Assembly: GCA_965116875.1 (NCBI GenBank)
Contig: OZ220733.1
Coordinates: 2,848,001-2,912,000, forward strand
DNA length: 64,000 bases
From: Candidatus Latescibacterota bacterium
GTDB lineage: Bacteria > Latescibacterota > UBA2968 > GCA-2709665
Direction: 5' to 3'
Shown here piece by piece: positions 52,109-62,404 of the stretch; positions within the stretch are counted from its first letter, which is position 1; each line of letters begins with the position of its first letter. The notes beneath the pieces are model-generated. The model was not told the DNA's origin and did no database searches. It saw nothing but the letters and a program-made list of their open reading frames with translations. Both the position numbers and the translations under genes were made by a program.

Positions 52109-54088
52109 ATGGCGCAGAGTTCCGCACCTCGGGTGGAGTCCGAACCCCGCACCGCACTGCAGACAGACGCGGTGACGCTTCGCGCCGTTGCAATCGGCCT
52201 TCTGCTCGTGCTTGTCGTCAATTTCTGGATTTCTACCACCGAATACGTCATCCACGCCTCGCGGATGCAGCTTTCCTTTTTTCCTCTCGCCCTCTTCGCC
52301 ACGTTTCTCCTGCTGGTCATCGTCAACGGATTCGTCCGCCGCCTGCGGCCGAACGGCGCTCTCCAGTCCTCCGAACTTCTCACGATCCTGGCGATGGGGT
52401 TCGTCGGTGCCGTGGTACCTACGTCCGGCATCACGGGCTTTCTTCTGGGCATTCTCTCCGGCGTCTACTATTTCGCCACGCCGGAAAACCAGTGGGCCAA
52501 CTACCTCCATCCCAATATGCCCGGATGGGCCGTACCTTCGAACGAAAACCACGCGATGACCTGGTTTTACGAGGGTCTGCCCGAGGGGCAGCAGGCGCCG
52601 TACCACGCCTGGATCGCCCCGCTCATCAGCTGGATCTTCTTTCTGCTTGCCCTTTGCACGCTCCTGTTCTGCATTGCGGTCATCCTCCGGAAGCAGTGGG
52701 TGCGGAACGAGCGCCTGGTCTTTCCGCTTGCGTCCGTGGGCGCCACGCTCACGCGTGGGGACCGAGGCGGATTGCTTCCCGATGCGCTTCGCGGAGGGCT
52801 TTTCTGGGGCGGCTTCGGCGTGGGCTTCGGCGCCATTTCCTGGAATATCCTCAACTATTTCTGGCCCGTCGTGCCCAGGATCCCTTTACAGGGCAAGTGG
52901 GTCGTCTTTGCGAAAGGCTTTCCTCGCGTCAACACCCGCATCAACTCTCTGACAGCCGGATTCGCGTACTTCGCCAACCTGAATATTCTTTTCTCCATCT
53001 GGGTCTTCTTCGTGCTGTTTTTCTGGTTCGAAAACGGCATTATCAACCGCATCGGGTACGTCATCCCGCGCAAACCGCTCAACTTTTCCGCCGAAACCGA
53101 GGTCACGGCCTGGCAGGGCTTCGGCGCGCTTACCGTGCTGGTTCTGTGGAACCTCTGGACCGCCCGCACCCATATCCGGGCCGTCTTCGCCAGGGCGTTC
53201 GGGAAGGGTGACGCCGACGATGCCGGTGAACTGCTTTCGTATCGTTTTGCCGTGTTCGGACTCATCGGCAGCCTCATCTTCATCTGCTCCTTCTTCTCCA
53301 AACTGGGCATGCAGGGCAAACTCGTCGCATTGCTCGTGCCCGCCCTGATCATCAACTACCTCTCCATCGCCCGAATCGTCTGCGAGACGGGCCTGGCCTA
53401 TATGCGTACCACGTTGACCGAACAGTACGCCGCCCTGTACACGATCGGCACCAGCTCACTCTCGCCCTCAAGCATGTCCGGCATCAGCCTCACCTACAGC
53501 CTTGTCTGCCAAGGCAAGGGCACCTTTATGGCGCCCTTTATGCACGTGGTTCGACTTGCGGACCTCATCCGCCGCAACCGGCGACGGCTCGTACCCGCTC
53601 TGGCCCTTGTTGTGGTCGTGGGACTCGCGGCCGACTTCGCCCTCACGATCATTCTGGGATACCGGACCGGCGCTTTCAATTTCAACGCCTGGCCCTTCTC
53701 CAGCGCCGGACGATTTGCCTACGACCTGACGGTTACCCAGATGAGAAGCCCGTTCGACACCAGCTGGGAGCGCCTGGCCGTATTCTGCGTGGGCGCCGCC
53801 GCGATGTCCCTGCTGACGTTTCTTCACTACCGGCTGCCCTGGTGGCCCTTTCATCCCATCGCATTTCCAATTGCCTTTTCATGGAACACCCAGCTCACGT
53901 TTTTCTCGATCTTCGTCGTCTGGGCGATCAAGGCCATCCTGCTGAAGGTCGGCGGCGTCAATCTCTACAGAAAATGGCAGCCCGCCTTTCTGGGCCTCCT
54001 GACCGGCTATGTCCTGGCCATCACGCTCTCCTTCCTCGTGGACGCCGTCTGGTTCCCCGGCCAGGGTCACGGGGTGCATAATTACTGA
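52109..54088 (+). CDS. DUF6785/DUF6784-type polytopic membrane protein 3
   Basis: YFATPENQW, LRKQWVRNERLVFPL, WWPFHPI, WFPGQGHGVH. Confidence 0.75.
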   Translation: MAQSSAPRVESEPRTALQTDAVTLRAVAIGLLLVLVVNFWISTTEYVIHASRMQLSFFPLALFATFLLLVIVNGFVRRLRPNGALQSSELLTILAMGFVGAVVPTSGITGFLLGILSGVYYFATPENQWANYLHPNMPGWAVPSNENHAMTWFYEGLPEGQQAPYHAWIAPLISWIFFLLALCTLLFCIAVILRKQWVRNERLVFPLASVGATLTRGDRGGLLPDALRGGLFWGGFGVGFGAISWNILNYFWPVVPRIPLQGKWVVFAKGFPRVNTRINSLTAGFAYFANLNILFSIWVFFVLFFWFENGIINRIGYVIPRKPLNFSAETEVTAWQGFGALTVLVLWNLWTARTHIRAVFARAFGKGDADDAGELLSYRFAVFGLIGSLIFICSFFSKLGMQGKLVALLVPALIINYLSIARIVCETGLAYMRTTLTEQYAALYTIGTSSLSPSSMSGISLTYSLVCQGKGTFMAPFMHVVRLADLIRRNRRRLVPALALVVVVGLAADFALTIILGYRTGAFNFNAWPFSSAGRFAYDLTVTQMRSPFDTSWERLAVFCVGAAAMSLLTFLHYRLPWWPFHPIAFPIAFSWNTQLTFFSIFVVWAIKAILLKVGGVNLYRKWQPAFLGLLTGYVLAITLSFLVDAVWFPGQGHGVHNY

Positions 54089-54116
54089 TCGCGTTGGATC
54101 CCCGATATCCTGCCAC

Positions 54117-54149
54117 AAAAAAAGGCCGGCGATACTCTCGTCGACCCTT
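54117..54149 (-). terminator. Probable terminator of the GWxTD gene
   Basis: Minus strand imperfect stem GGTCGACGA...TCGCCGGCC followed by T7, between convergent genes. Confidence 0.55.
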
Positions 54150-54176
54150 CGTGTCTGCCCGCCTGTCGAGTGTGGC

Positions 54177-56210
54177 TCAGGGCATCACCCGGAACACCGC
54201 CGAACTCGCCGCCCTGCTTTCCGCCTGCCGGTCCTCCACGATCACCCGGAACGCCCATGGCCCGGGCGTGGACCCCTCCATATCCAGGGTGAGATAGTGC
54301 GGCTGCCAGTCCCTCGTCTCCCTGTATGAGTTGGTCACGGCCGTTGTCCATTCGGGAATGACCACGTCCTTTTCCTTCCATTTTTCAGGAAGCAGGCGGG
54401 TCTGGTACGTGATCCGGTAGCTTGTTGCGCCGAATTCGTCACGCTTCAGATTGTAAACCTCGAAGTAGAACGACATGCTGGCGTCCCGCTGGCACTGCTT
54501 CAACGGGTTGGGCAACACCATGAACCTGTCCCGTCCGAACGGGCGGTCGTCCTGTTCAACCACCCGTTGCGCCAGCAGCAGATCGCTGATTTGCAGCCTG
54601 TCCCTGCCGTACGCGCTGACCTTCAGCGAGTCGCGGAGGGTTCCAAGGCTTTTTTCGTTCAAGTCCTCCGTCTCGACCGCCAGGTGGTACGTTCCCGGAT
54701 CCATGGCAAGGCGCTCGCCCCAGAAGAGGTAGCCATCCCGTACGGCATTGCCTTCGATCCACGGCATTCTGTGAATGGGAGAAATCGTCTTTTCAACCTC
54801 CCGCCAACCCGCGTCGAATAGGAACAGGCCCTGCATGAGATCCACCGCCTGTATTCCCGAACTGACCTCACGATGCGCGACGTGTTCGCCTGAAAGCGCA
54901 TAGTACAGCTCCACCCGGGTCTTGCCGTTCTCGCCGCGAAACTGCGCGATCTCGAATGGCGCGTCGTACCGTTTCAGCCAGTACGGGTCGCTGTAGTATT
55001 CGGGAATCCGCTCCACGAGATCCTTGAATTTGCTCCGTACCGACCCCCGAATCGAAATGTGCAGCACATCCCAGTCGTTTTCCCCCAGGCGTTCGAATGT
55101 TACGCTGAACCCCGGATAGCTCCATGTCTCTCGGAGCAGCACGTAATTCATCCGGTCCAGATAGATGTTTCTCGCGTCGGGATGACCATATCGGATGTAC
55201 ACCTGGCCGCGGTCCGTCTCCCAGCCCTCCACGCCACGGTCCGGATCGGCAAACCTCAGATTGGCATACGCCACGCGCCTGCAGTGTTCAAGCATCCGCT
55301 CGTTTCCAGGGGTCAGAAACAACGGGTCCCGTCCCGTCCAGAACCGCCTCAGGGCGTCTTCATCCGGAAGTTCCCCCCCGTCCCGCAACGCCTCCCGGTC
55401 CGTCAATACCACCACTGACCTGATAAACTGCTGTTCCAGCCCGGACATCAGGCCCAGACCTTGCGAATAGGCGGCGAAGGCTTTGTCCAGTTCTTCACGG
55501 GTCTGGTAACCCAGCCCGGTGAAAAAGTACGCGTCCCAGTCTTCCGGATGGCGTTCCGTATATTCTTCGAACAGTTCCTGGAGTCGATCGGGCATATGTC
55601 CTTCGAGGTAGACCTGCCCCAGCAGAATACGCGCCGGACGATGTTCCGGGTCCACTTCCAGAACGCGGGTCAGATAACCGATCGCCTGCTCCCGCATATT
55701 CCTTCCATAACTCCCGTAGTGAAACCTTCGCTTCCGTTCCAGGCCGGATTTCAGGGTCTCCCGTTCCAGATTGTACATCATCTCCCGGGCGGCGTGCCTC
55801 CCCGCCAGATAGAGCGCGTCGGCGTCGTTCGGCGACAGCGCGATCGCGCGGCGGATCTGCTCGTAAAACTCGTCCCTCGAACCCGCCTGCCAGAAAATCT
55901 CCGCGTGGGTCTTCACGTAGGCGGCGTTTTCCGGTTCGCGCTTCATCGCCCGTTGCACCCACTGTCTCGCGAACCGCCTGGACAAGACGGTGCCACGACT
56001 CAGATAGTGCCTCGCCAGCGCGTGCATCGCCCGTCCCGATGGATCGTATCGGACCGCCCGCTCCATCAGCGACACCCGCTTCATGTGCGACAGCGAGGTG
56101 TCCGCCGCGGAGGCCAGCAGGGCCGCCACCTTGTATGCGTCCCGCTTCGCGGCTTCCGACGGTCCGGATACACAGAGGATGAATGAAAGCAAAATGGCAA
56201 TTCGCAACAT
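54177..56210 (-). CDS. GWxTD-domain protein with TPR repeats
   Basis: Signal peptide MLRIAILLSFILCVSGPSEA, TPR-like helices, GWETDRGQVYIRYG. Confidence 0.85.
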   Translation of the reverse strand: MLRIAILLSFILCVSGPSEAAKRDAYKVAALLASAADTSLSHMKRVSLMERAVRYDPSGRAMHALARHYLSRGTVLSRRFARQWVQRAMKREPENAAYVKTHAEIFWQAGSRDEFYEQIRRAIALSPNDADALYLAGRHAAREMMYNLERETLKSGLERKRRFHYGSYGRNMREQAIGYLTRVLEVDPEHRPARILLGQVYLEGHMPDRLQELFEEYTERHPEDWDAYFFTGLGYQTREELDKAFAAYSQGLGLMSGLEQQFIRSVVVLTDREALRDGGELPDEDALRRFWTGRDPLFLTPGNERMLEHCRRVAYANLRFADPDRGVEGWETDRGQVYIRYGHPDARNIYLDRMNYVLLRETWSYPGFSVTFERLGENDWDVLHISIRGSVRSKFKDLVERIPEYYSDPYWLKRYDAPFEIAQFRGENGKTRVELYYALSGEHVAHREVSSGIQAVDLMQGLFLFDAGWREVEKTISPIHRMPWIEGNAVRDGYLFWGERLAMDPGTYHLAVETEDLNEKSLGTLRDSLKVSAYGRDRLQISDLLLAQRVVEQDDRPFGRDRFMVLPNPLKQCQRDASMSFYFEVYNLKRDEFGATSYRITYQTRLLPEKWKEKDVVIPEWTTAVTNSYRETRDWQPHYLTLDMEGSTPGPWAFRVIVEDRQAESRAASSAVFRVMP

Positions 56211-56309
56211 GACGAATTCCACCTGATCGTGCGGGGACGGGCAACCGGCGAAGCGCGGGTTGCAGGCGCGAGCGGGAGCCTGTTCCAGTCCGACTCGCGC
56301 GTTACAATG

Positions 56310-56337
56310 TAGACCCTCAGGAGAAGGGAAAGGTTCC
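56310..56337 (-). promoter_or_regulatory. Candidate ECF sigma promoter
   Basis: Minus strand GGAACC-N17-GTCTA about 100 bp upstream of the GWxTD start. Confidence 0.35.
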
Positions 56338-56371
56338 CCGGCGTGGGCGGCGTCTTCCTGTTTTCCGCGGG

Positions 56372-58483
56372 CTACCACCTGACGCGAAAGCGTGTCGTGG
56401 ATTCGGCCTCGGCGCCGGCCAGCAGGTCCTCGACGACCACCCGGAACGTGCGCAATCCCGGCGACGTTCCGTCCATGTCCACCCGCAGATACCGGGGTTC
56501 CCAGTCCCGGACGCCCCGGTACGTGTAGGACACCGCCGTCGTCCACTCCGGCTCCGGGTCCTCCAGCCGCCGCCTTTCCGGTATCACCTGAGTCTGATAG
56601 CCAATCCTGTAGTGCGTGGCGCCGAAGGTATCGCGCGCCAGGTTGTACACCTCAAAATAGAACCATGCGCTTCCATCGCGCGAGCACTCCCGCAACGGAT
56701 TGGGCAGCACCATGTACCTGCCTCGTTCCACCGGCCACTCGTCGCGTTCCACGATCCGGCGCGCCATCAGCAGGCTGCTGATCTCCAGCGAATCGGGATT
56801 GAACCGCCTCACATCCAGCGGTTCCCTGAACGTACCCACCTTCTTGCTTGGCTGGTCCTCCGCCTCTCCCGCCAGGTAATAATCTCCCGGCGCCAGCGTC
56901 AACTGCTCGCTCGCGATCAGGTATCCGCGTTTGGTCGAGACGTAGTGCAGCCACGGCATCCGCCGCACGCGGCCGACCTCCCGCCGAAGCGTATCCCACG
57001 CCGCGTCGAACAGGAACAGCGCCTGCACCACGTCCACCGCCCGGACACCGGGACCCACCTCTTCATGCCTGACCTGATCCCCGGAGAGCGCATAATACAC
57101 TTCCACGCTCGTTCTACCGCCGTCGCGCCGGAATTGCGCGATCTGATACGGCACGCTGTACTGATAGGGATAGCGATAGTAATCCGGGACCGACTCCACC
57201 AGTTCGCTGAAGGTCAGCGTCTGGCCGCCCAGCTTCGACTCTCCGAACCGCCACGAGTCCCAGGAGTTCGTATTCAGGAACGAAACCTCGAACCCGTCGT
57301 ACGTCCAGGTATCCTTTCGCGGGTGGAATTCGAAGATCCCGCCGGACGCGGTCCTCCTCATTCGCGCTTCTTCCTCGATGGATTTCGTCAGGCCCAGGTC
57401 GATGTCCGCCGGCGTCATGTTCCGCGCGACGGGGTCCCCGTACCGGATATAGGCCTGTCCGCGGTCGGTTTCCCACCCGGCGTACCCGTTGATGGGGTCG
57501 CCGAAACGCAGGTTCGCAAAGGCCACGCGCCTGCATTGCTCCAGCATCCGCTCGTTGATCTCGCTCAGATACAACGGGTCCTTCCCGAACCAGAATTTCC
57601 GTATCGTATCCTGGTCCGGCGGGGGTTCCTCGTTCTTCCACGATTTCCTGTCCCGCATCAGGAAGACCGATTGCATGAAGCGGCGCTGCCGGTCGGACAA
57701 ACGCGCCAGACCGTCCACGTACGCGCGGTACGCGGCTTCGGGGTCGTCCTTTTGCTGATAGCCGAGTCCCATGAAAAAGTAGGCGTCCGCACGACCCGGA
57801 TTGCGTTCGATATCGTCCCGAAACAGGGAAATCAGCGCATCCGGCTTTCGCGACATATAGTATGCCAGCCCGAGATGCACGCGGGACGGCCAGTGGTCCG
57901 CATCCAGCCACACGGCGCGGTCCAGGTATTCGATCCCCACGTCCACGTCCATGTCCGCGTACCCGCGCTGCGCGAACGTGCGCCCGGTCGTCACGTCACC
58001 GTCCCCGGACACACGCATGGCGTCCCCTGCGTCCTCCCGGGTGAAGAACGTCATTTCCCACGACCAGACCACGAACCGCCCCGCCCAATAGTATGCGCGC
58101 ACGTTCTTCGGGTCGAGCGAGATGGCCTCCCGCGCTCTCCTGTAGGAACCGGACCTCGGCCCGGTGCGCCAGAGCAGTTCCGCGAGGGTCGCGACATAAT
58201 TCCCGTTCTCGGGTTCCCGTTCCATCGCCCGCGTCAACAGGGAACGTGCCTGCTGCCGCGAATACGTCGTACCTTTTTCCAGGCGCAATCGCGCCAGCGC
58301 ATGCAGGGCTCTTCCCGTTCGGTCGAGCTCTATCGCCTCCTTCAGGAGGTCCCTGCGTCCGTCCATTCCAAGGGAGGTGTCGGCGGACGCATGAATCAGG
58401 GAGTCAACCATCGAGGGGACGGCGGATGCGCCCTGCGCCGCGGTCGTCAACCACATCAGGCCGCTCAAGATCAATGCAATCAT
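56372..58483 (-). CDS. GWxTD-domain protein with TPR repeats (paralog)
   Basis: Signal peptide MIALILSGLMWLTTAAQG and GWETDRGQAYIRYG. Collinear with its neighbour. Confidence 0.85.
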   Translation of the reverse strand: MIALILSGLMWLTTAAQGASAVPSMVDSLIHASADTSLGMDGRRDLLKEAIELDRTGRALHALARLRLEKGTTYSRQQARSLLTRAMEREPENGNYVATLAELLWRTGPRSGSYRRAREAISLDPKNVRAYYWAGRFVVWSWEMTFFTREDAGDAMRVSGDGDVTTGRTFAQRGYADMDVDVGIEYLDRAVWLDADHWPSRVHLGLAYYMSRKPDALISLFRDDIERNPGRADAYFFMGLGYQQKDDPEAAYRAYVDGLARLSDRQRRFMQSVFLMRDRKSWKNEEPPPDQDTIRKFWFGKDPLYLSEINERMLEQCRRVAFANLRFGDPINGYAGWETDRGQAYIRYGDPVARNMTPADIDLGLTKSIEEEARMRRTASGGIFEFHPRKDTWTYDGFEVSFLNTNSWDSWRFGESKLGGQTLTFSELVESVPDYYRYPYQYSVPYQIAQFRRDGGRTSVEVYYALSGDQVRHEEVGPGVRAVDVVQALFLFDAAWDTLRREVGRVRRMPWLHYVSTKRGYLIASEQLTLAPGDYYLAGEAEDQPSKKVGTFREPLDVRRFNPDSLEISSLLMARRIVERDEWPVERGRYMVLPNPLRECSRDGSAWFYFEVYNLARDTFGATHYRIGYQTQVIPERRRLEDPEPEWTTAVSYTYRGVRDWEPRYLRVDMDGTSPGLRTFRVVVEDLLAGAEAESTTRFRVRW

Positions 58484-58547
58484 CCGTATCTCCGAAAACC
58501 CGGCGGGATTTTCTTTTTTGCCTCGCCGACACCTGACACACGAAATG

Positions 58548-59660
58548 CTAAGACGCCTGAACGGTCTCCCGGGCCCGGCTGTACCGTTCCACCGCCGCCA
58601 TATCCAGCTCGCATCCCAGCCCCGGCGCCATGGAGACCGGCGTGAATCCCTCCTCAAAAACCCTCGGCTCGCGGATCAGGCTGTGTTCCCGCACCCAGCT
58701 TCCCACGATGTCCGACGCCATGGTGCAATTGGGCGTCACGGATATTGCGTGCACGTAGGAGGCCTCCAGGATCCCCAGATCCACTCCGGAACCGTGCCAG
58801 CAGCGCAGCCCGGCCGCCTCCGCGACGGCGGCGCTCTTCGCGAAGCCCATCATGCTCCCTCCCAGGTTCACGCAGTCCACCACGCCGGCCTTCACCGCCC
58901 GGATGACGTCCGAGCCGCTTCCGAGGTGCATCGCAATCGGGATATCGGTGGCCTCGTAGATTGCAGCATAGCCGTCCAGGTCCGACTTGGGAATCGGGTC
59001 TTCGAATACCTCCACGTTGCCCAGGGCCTCGAGTTCGCGGGCGAGTTCAATCGTCTGCGCGGCCGTGCGAAAGCGCTCATTGGGGTCCACCGTGACCTTG
59101 AATTCCGGACCGGCGACGTCCCGGATGGCCCGCAGCCGTTCCACCATCGGCTCTTCGATCTTGCACTTGATCTTGATGCCCTTGAAGCCGTGCTCGAGCG
59201 CCCGCGCGACGGTCCGCTTGCCGTCTTCGGGCGTCTGGGACCCCATCCAGTAGTCCGCGCGCACCCGGTTGCGCACCGCGCCGCCCATCAGTGCGTGTAC
59301 AGGAATCCCGCGCGCCCTGCCGATCAGGTCGAAGACCGCCATCTCCAGGGCGTGATAGGCGGGCCCGGTTCCCAAGTCCAGCATCGTCTCCGTTCCGTCT
59401 CTTCGCGGCTCGTAGATGTTCTGCAGCGTCACCGTTTCCGGGTCCCGTCCCAGCACCCTGGCCGCGCCCGCCCGCACGTCCTCGATTGGCACGCCGCGGC
59501 CGGTCTCCCCCAGCCCGTACAGTTCGGTATCCGTGTTGATCCGGAGGATATGCTTGGGTACCACGTCCCACCCCACCTCCGGGACCCATTCGGGGCTGTT
59601 CACGCGCCCCGGACGACTCGGCACCACCACGGTCCACACGTCCATCGACGTCATCTTCAT
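58548..59660 (-). CDS. Mandelate racemase/muconate lactonizing enzyme (enolase superfamily)
   Basis: GLGE, KIK, VDPN, FEDP. GGAG RBS. Confidence 0.88.
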   Translation of the reverse strand: MKMTSMDVWTVVVPSRPGRVNSPEWVPEVGWDVVPKHILRINTDTELYGLGETGRGVPIEDVRAGAARVLGRDPETVTLQNIYEPRRDGTETMLDLGTGPAYHALEMAVFDLIGRARGIPVHALMGGAVRNRVRADYWMGSQTPEDGKRTVARALEHGFKGIKIKCKIEEPMVERLRAIRDVAGPEFKVTVDPNERFRTAAQTIELARELEALGNVEVFEDPIPKSDLDGYAAIYEATDIPIAMHLGSGSDVIRAVKAGVVDCVNLGGSMMGFAKSAAVAEAAGLRCWHGSGVDLGILEASYVHAISVTPNCTMASDIVGSWVREHSLIREPRVFEEGFTPVSMAPGLGCELDMAAVERYSRARETVQAS

Positions 59661-59696
59661 TGTACGCTCCTCGGTTTTGGGATTTCCGAAAAAAGT

Positions 59697-59746
59697 TTGA
59701 CATTTACACTGTCATACTGTATATTGATAGTAATACACTAATACAC
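59697..59746 (+). promoter_or_regulatory. sigma70 promoter with YtrA-type operator
   Basis: TTGACA-N17-TATATT. TGTAT-N10-ATACA inverted repeat over the -10, plus tandem TAATACAC x2. Confidence 0.75.
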
Positions 59747-59761
59747 AATGGAGAATCCACA

Positions 59762-60154
59762 GTGCTGATCGCGATCGATCACCACAGCGGCGTGCCGGTC
59801 TACCGGCAGTTGATGGACCAGATCAAGTTTCATATCGCCAGCGGCCTGTTGAAGCCTGGAGAAAAGCTGCCGGCCACGCGCACGCTCTCCGCGCAACTCG
59901 GCGTCAACCCGATGACGGTCAGCAAGGCCTACGGCTACCTGGAGGCCGATGGCATCGTGGAGCGGCGCCGCGGGCGTCCGTTGACCGTCAGTCACCTGGA
60001 GCCGGAATTGGTCGAGGTACATAAACTCGACCGGCTCCGGCAGAACCTTGCGCCCGTTGTCGCCATGGCAAGACAGCTTGGCATCGAAAAGACCCGGGCC
60101 CAGGAAATCTTTGGCCGGATGCTGGACGATGCCGGCAATCAGGAGGAGCCATAA
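59762..60154 (+). CDS. GntR-family regulator, YtrA subfamily
   Basis: PVYRQLMDQIK...LKPGEKLPATRTL...VNPMTVSKAY. Short C-terminus, precedes an ABC ATPase. Confidence 0.9.
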   Translation: MLIAIDHHSGVPVYRQLMDQIKFHIASGLLKPGEKLPATRTLSAQLGVNPMTVSKAYGYLEADGIVERRRGRPLTVSHLEPELVEVHKLDRLRQNLAPVVAMARQLGIEKTRAQEIFGRMLDDAGNQEEP

Positions 60155-60155
60155 T

Positions 60156-61040
60156 ATGGAATCCGCGTTCGAAGTCAAGAATCTCACCAAGTCCTTCGGC
60201 GACGTTACCGCGCTGGACAACGTGAGTGTGTCCGTCCCGAAGCCGGCTGTCGTGGGTCTCATCGGCAGAAACGGAAGCGGGAAGACCACCCTGCTCCGCC
60301 ACGTCATCGGCCTGTATCTGCCGACCAGCGGGCAATGCACGACCCTTGGTTGCTCCAGCGGCAAACTGGGTCCGGACGAACTCTCCCGCATTGGCGTGGT
60401 GCACCAGGAGAACCGGTTCCTGGAATGGATGAAGGTGGAGCAGCAGCTTCGGTACGTCTCTTCGTTCTACAAACATTGGGACCGGGACCTGGAAGAGCGC
60501 CTGCTGGCCGAACTGGAACTGGAATCTTCGGCGCGAGTCGGGACCCTATCGCCCGGCAACGTCCAGAAACTGGGCATCATTCTGGCCGTCTGTCACCGCC
60601 CCGACCTGCTGATCCTGGACGAGCCCGTCAGCGGCCTGGACCCCATCACGCGCGAGCAGTTTCTGAAATTCCTCCTCGAACTCTTGCAGCAGGACGCCAA
60701 CACGATCGTGATTTCGTCACACGTCCTGCACGACATCGAGAAGATCATCGATCGCGTAATCTGCCTCGACCGGGGACGGATCAGGGCGGATGCCTCGCTG
60801 GACGACCTCCAGGAACGCTACGCCGAATGGCGGGTAACCGCCCGGAACGGCAGGCTTCCGTCGCACTTCGAAGAGGACTTCGTCATATCCCGGGAGGGCG
60901 ACAGCCGCCAGGCCCGCCTGCTCGTGAAAGGGGCTTCGGACAACCTGGACGCGTTCAGCACGAAATATGGTGCGGACGTGGCCGGCAGCCCGCTGAACCT
61001 GGAGCAGATGTTCCCGCTCCTCCTGGAGGAGGCCGAATGA
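60156..61040 (+). CDS. ABC transporter ATP-binding protein (YtrB-like)
   Basis: GRNGSGKTT, LSPG, LILDEPVSGLDP, ISSH. Confidence 0.9.
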   Translation: MESAFEVKNLTKSFGDVTALDNVSVSVPKPAVVGLIGRNGSGKTTLLRHVIGLYLPTSGQCTTLGCSSGKLGPDELSRIGVVHQENRFLEWMKVEQQLRYVSSFYKHWDRDLEERLLAELELESSARVGTLSPGNVQKLGIILAVCHRPDLLILDEPVSGLDPITREQFLKFLLELLQQDANTIVISSHVLHDIEKIIDRVICLDRGRIRADASLDDLQERYAEWRVTARNGRLPSHFEEDFVISREGDSRQARLLVKGASDNLDAFSTKYGADVAGSPLNLEQMFPLLLEEAE

Positions 61041-62368
61041 TTGGAATCTATTCGCTCTACCGCCTGTTTTGGCGTCCGGCGATTCTTGCATTCTACGTAT
61101 TCTTCACCGGGCTGATTGTGATGTTGCTCTGGGCCGCGGGCACGAAACTTCCCAGCCTGTCTGAACCGGGACGCCTCATTCTGATCACGATGGCACTGCC
61201 TTCAATTGCAGGCTTGTTCATCGGCCAAAGTGTTGGCGAGCTCCAGCACACGCTCCTTTCCTGGTCGCTTCCCCGTCTTCGCAGGCTGCTCTTTTCATTC
61301 ATATGTATCACGGGAATCGGACTCGCCGCCCTGACAGCCTGGGCCTACCATGGGATGGGCGGCTTCGCCCCCGCAATTCCGATTCTTGCCTCCTGTTTCC
61401 TGTGGTACAGCCTGGCATTTACGGTCGGGACCTACGAATTCGTCGACGCCCAGTCATTCCGGTACCGTAAATCCTCGGTCTTGTTTATCGCACTTCTGAT
61501 GGTTGTTATCGGCATCCTCTCGATCAATAGAATCACCGATTATTACATCGCCCAACCGGCGCTATGTACTCTTGCCGCGTTGATCGGCGCTCTGCTCTAT
61601 CTGAAACGTTGTTTCGCCATCAATGCCGCCCGAAGAAAATCGCTCGTCTCGTTGCCGGTGTTCCATCGGTACACGTTCGGACCTCACCAGACGGCGCGAT
61701 TGACCGCACGACGAGACTCCAGGCGGAAATGGAATCGAGCAGCTCCGCTCACCGGCCTGGTCGACTGGATCCGGGCTGGTGAATACGAGAACTATGGCAC
61801 GGTCCAGATTGGATGGCTTGGTTCGGCGTTCCTGTACTCGTCTGTCATTCTGGCTACCGTGGCGGTCCTGATTCAGTTATTCGGCGTGGCAGAAGCCGTT
61901 ATCGTTCCTATCACCCTGGGTCTTTGGATGCTGCAACTGTCCCTGTACGTGAAAACCGGATGGCTCTATCCTCTTTCGAGACTAGAACTGGCTAGGCTTA
62001 CGTACTGGTGTAGCCTTCTACACAACGCTCTGCATTGCGGGCTGATGTTGTTGACGTTTCTTCTGCTGGACGGCCTGACCGGAATCTTCGCCGGGCTCGA
62101 CCTCGCGCGTCCTGTCCTGCTGATATTTATCTGTAACCCGGTCATCCAATGGGTACGCTTTCGGAACGAACAATTCAGAGTGTTTTCATACGTAATCCTG
62201 GCAGTTTTCATCATCGGCTATTCAATCCTGATTACGATATGGCTCGAGTTTGGCTGCTGCATTTCTTTCGCCTACGAGGCCGCTGCGGTTGCAGGTCTCA
62301 TCCTGCTTTCCCAGTACCTCTTTCGTTGCAAAATCCGGCAACATTTCAAATTCGGCGATCTCGTCTGA
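61037..62368 (+). CDS. Polytopic membrane protein (probable ABC permease)
   Basis: ATGA overlap with the ATPase. About 10-12 hydrophobic segments, DWIRAGEYEN, ends HFKFGDLV. Confidence 0.75.
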   Translation: MIGIYSLYRLFWRPAILAFYVFFTGLIVMLLWAAGTKLPSLSEPGRLILITMALPSIAGLFIGQSVGELQHTLLSWSLPRLRRLLFSFICITGIGLAALTAWAYHGMGGFAPAIPILASCFLWYSLAFTVGTYEFVDAQSFRYRKSSVLFIALLMVVIGILSINRITDYYIAQPALCTLAALIGALLYLKRCFAINAARRKSLVSLPVFHRYTFGPHQTARLTARRDSRRKWNRAAPLTGLVDWIRAGEYENYGTVQIGWLGSAFLYSSVILATVAVLIQLFGVAEAVIVPITLGLWMLQLSLYVKTGWLYPLSRLELARLTYWCSLLHNALHCGLMLLTFLLLDGLTGIFAGLDLARPVLLIFICNPVIQWVRFRNEQFRVFSYVILAVFIIGYSILITIWLEFGCCISFAYEAAAVAGLILLSQYLFRCKIRQHFKFGDLV

Positions 62369-62404
62369 TTGGCGTTTCTGCCTGATCCTTATGGGGATCA
62401 TCTT

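Noticed and set aside
56612-58645. 677-aa plus-strand ORF (and similar long ORFs such as 49839-51683, 42968-44650, 27994-29628, 17688-19187)
   Set aside because: Antisense shadows of well-supported genes in GC-rich DNA, with no recognisable motifs.
60335-61036. N-terminal extension of the 677-aa ORF 60335-62368
   Set aside because: Overlaps the ABC ATPase in another frame. The true start is ATG 61037 with a GGAGG RBS.
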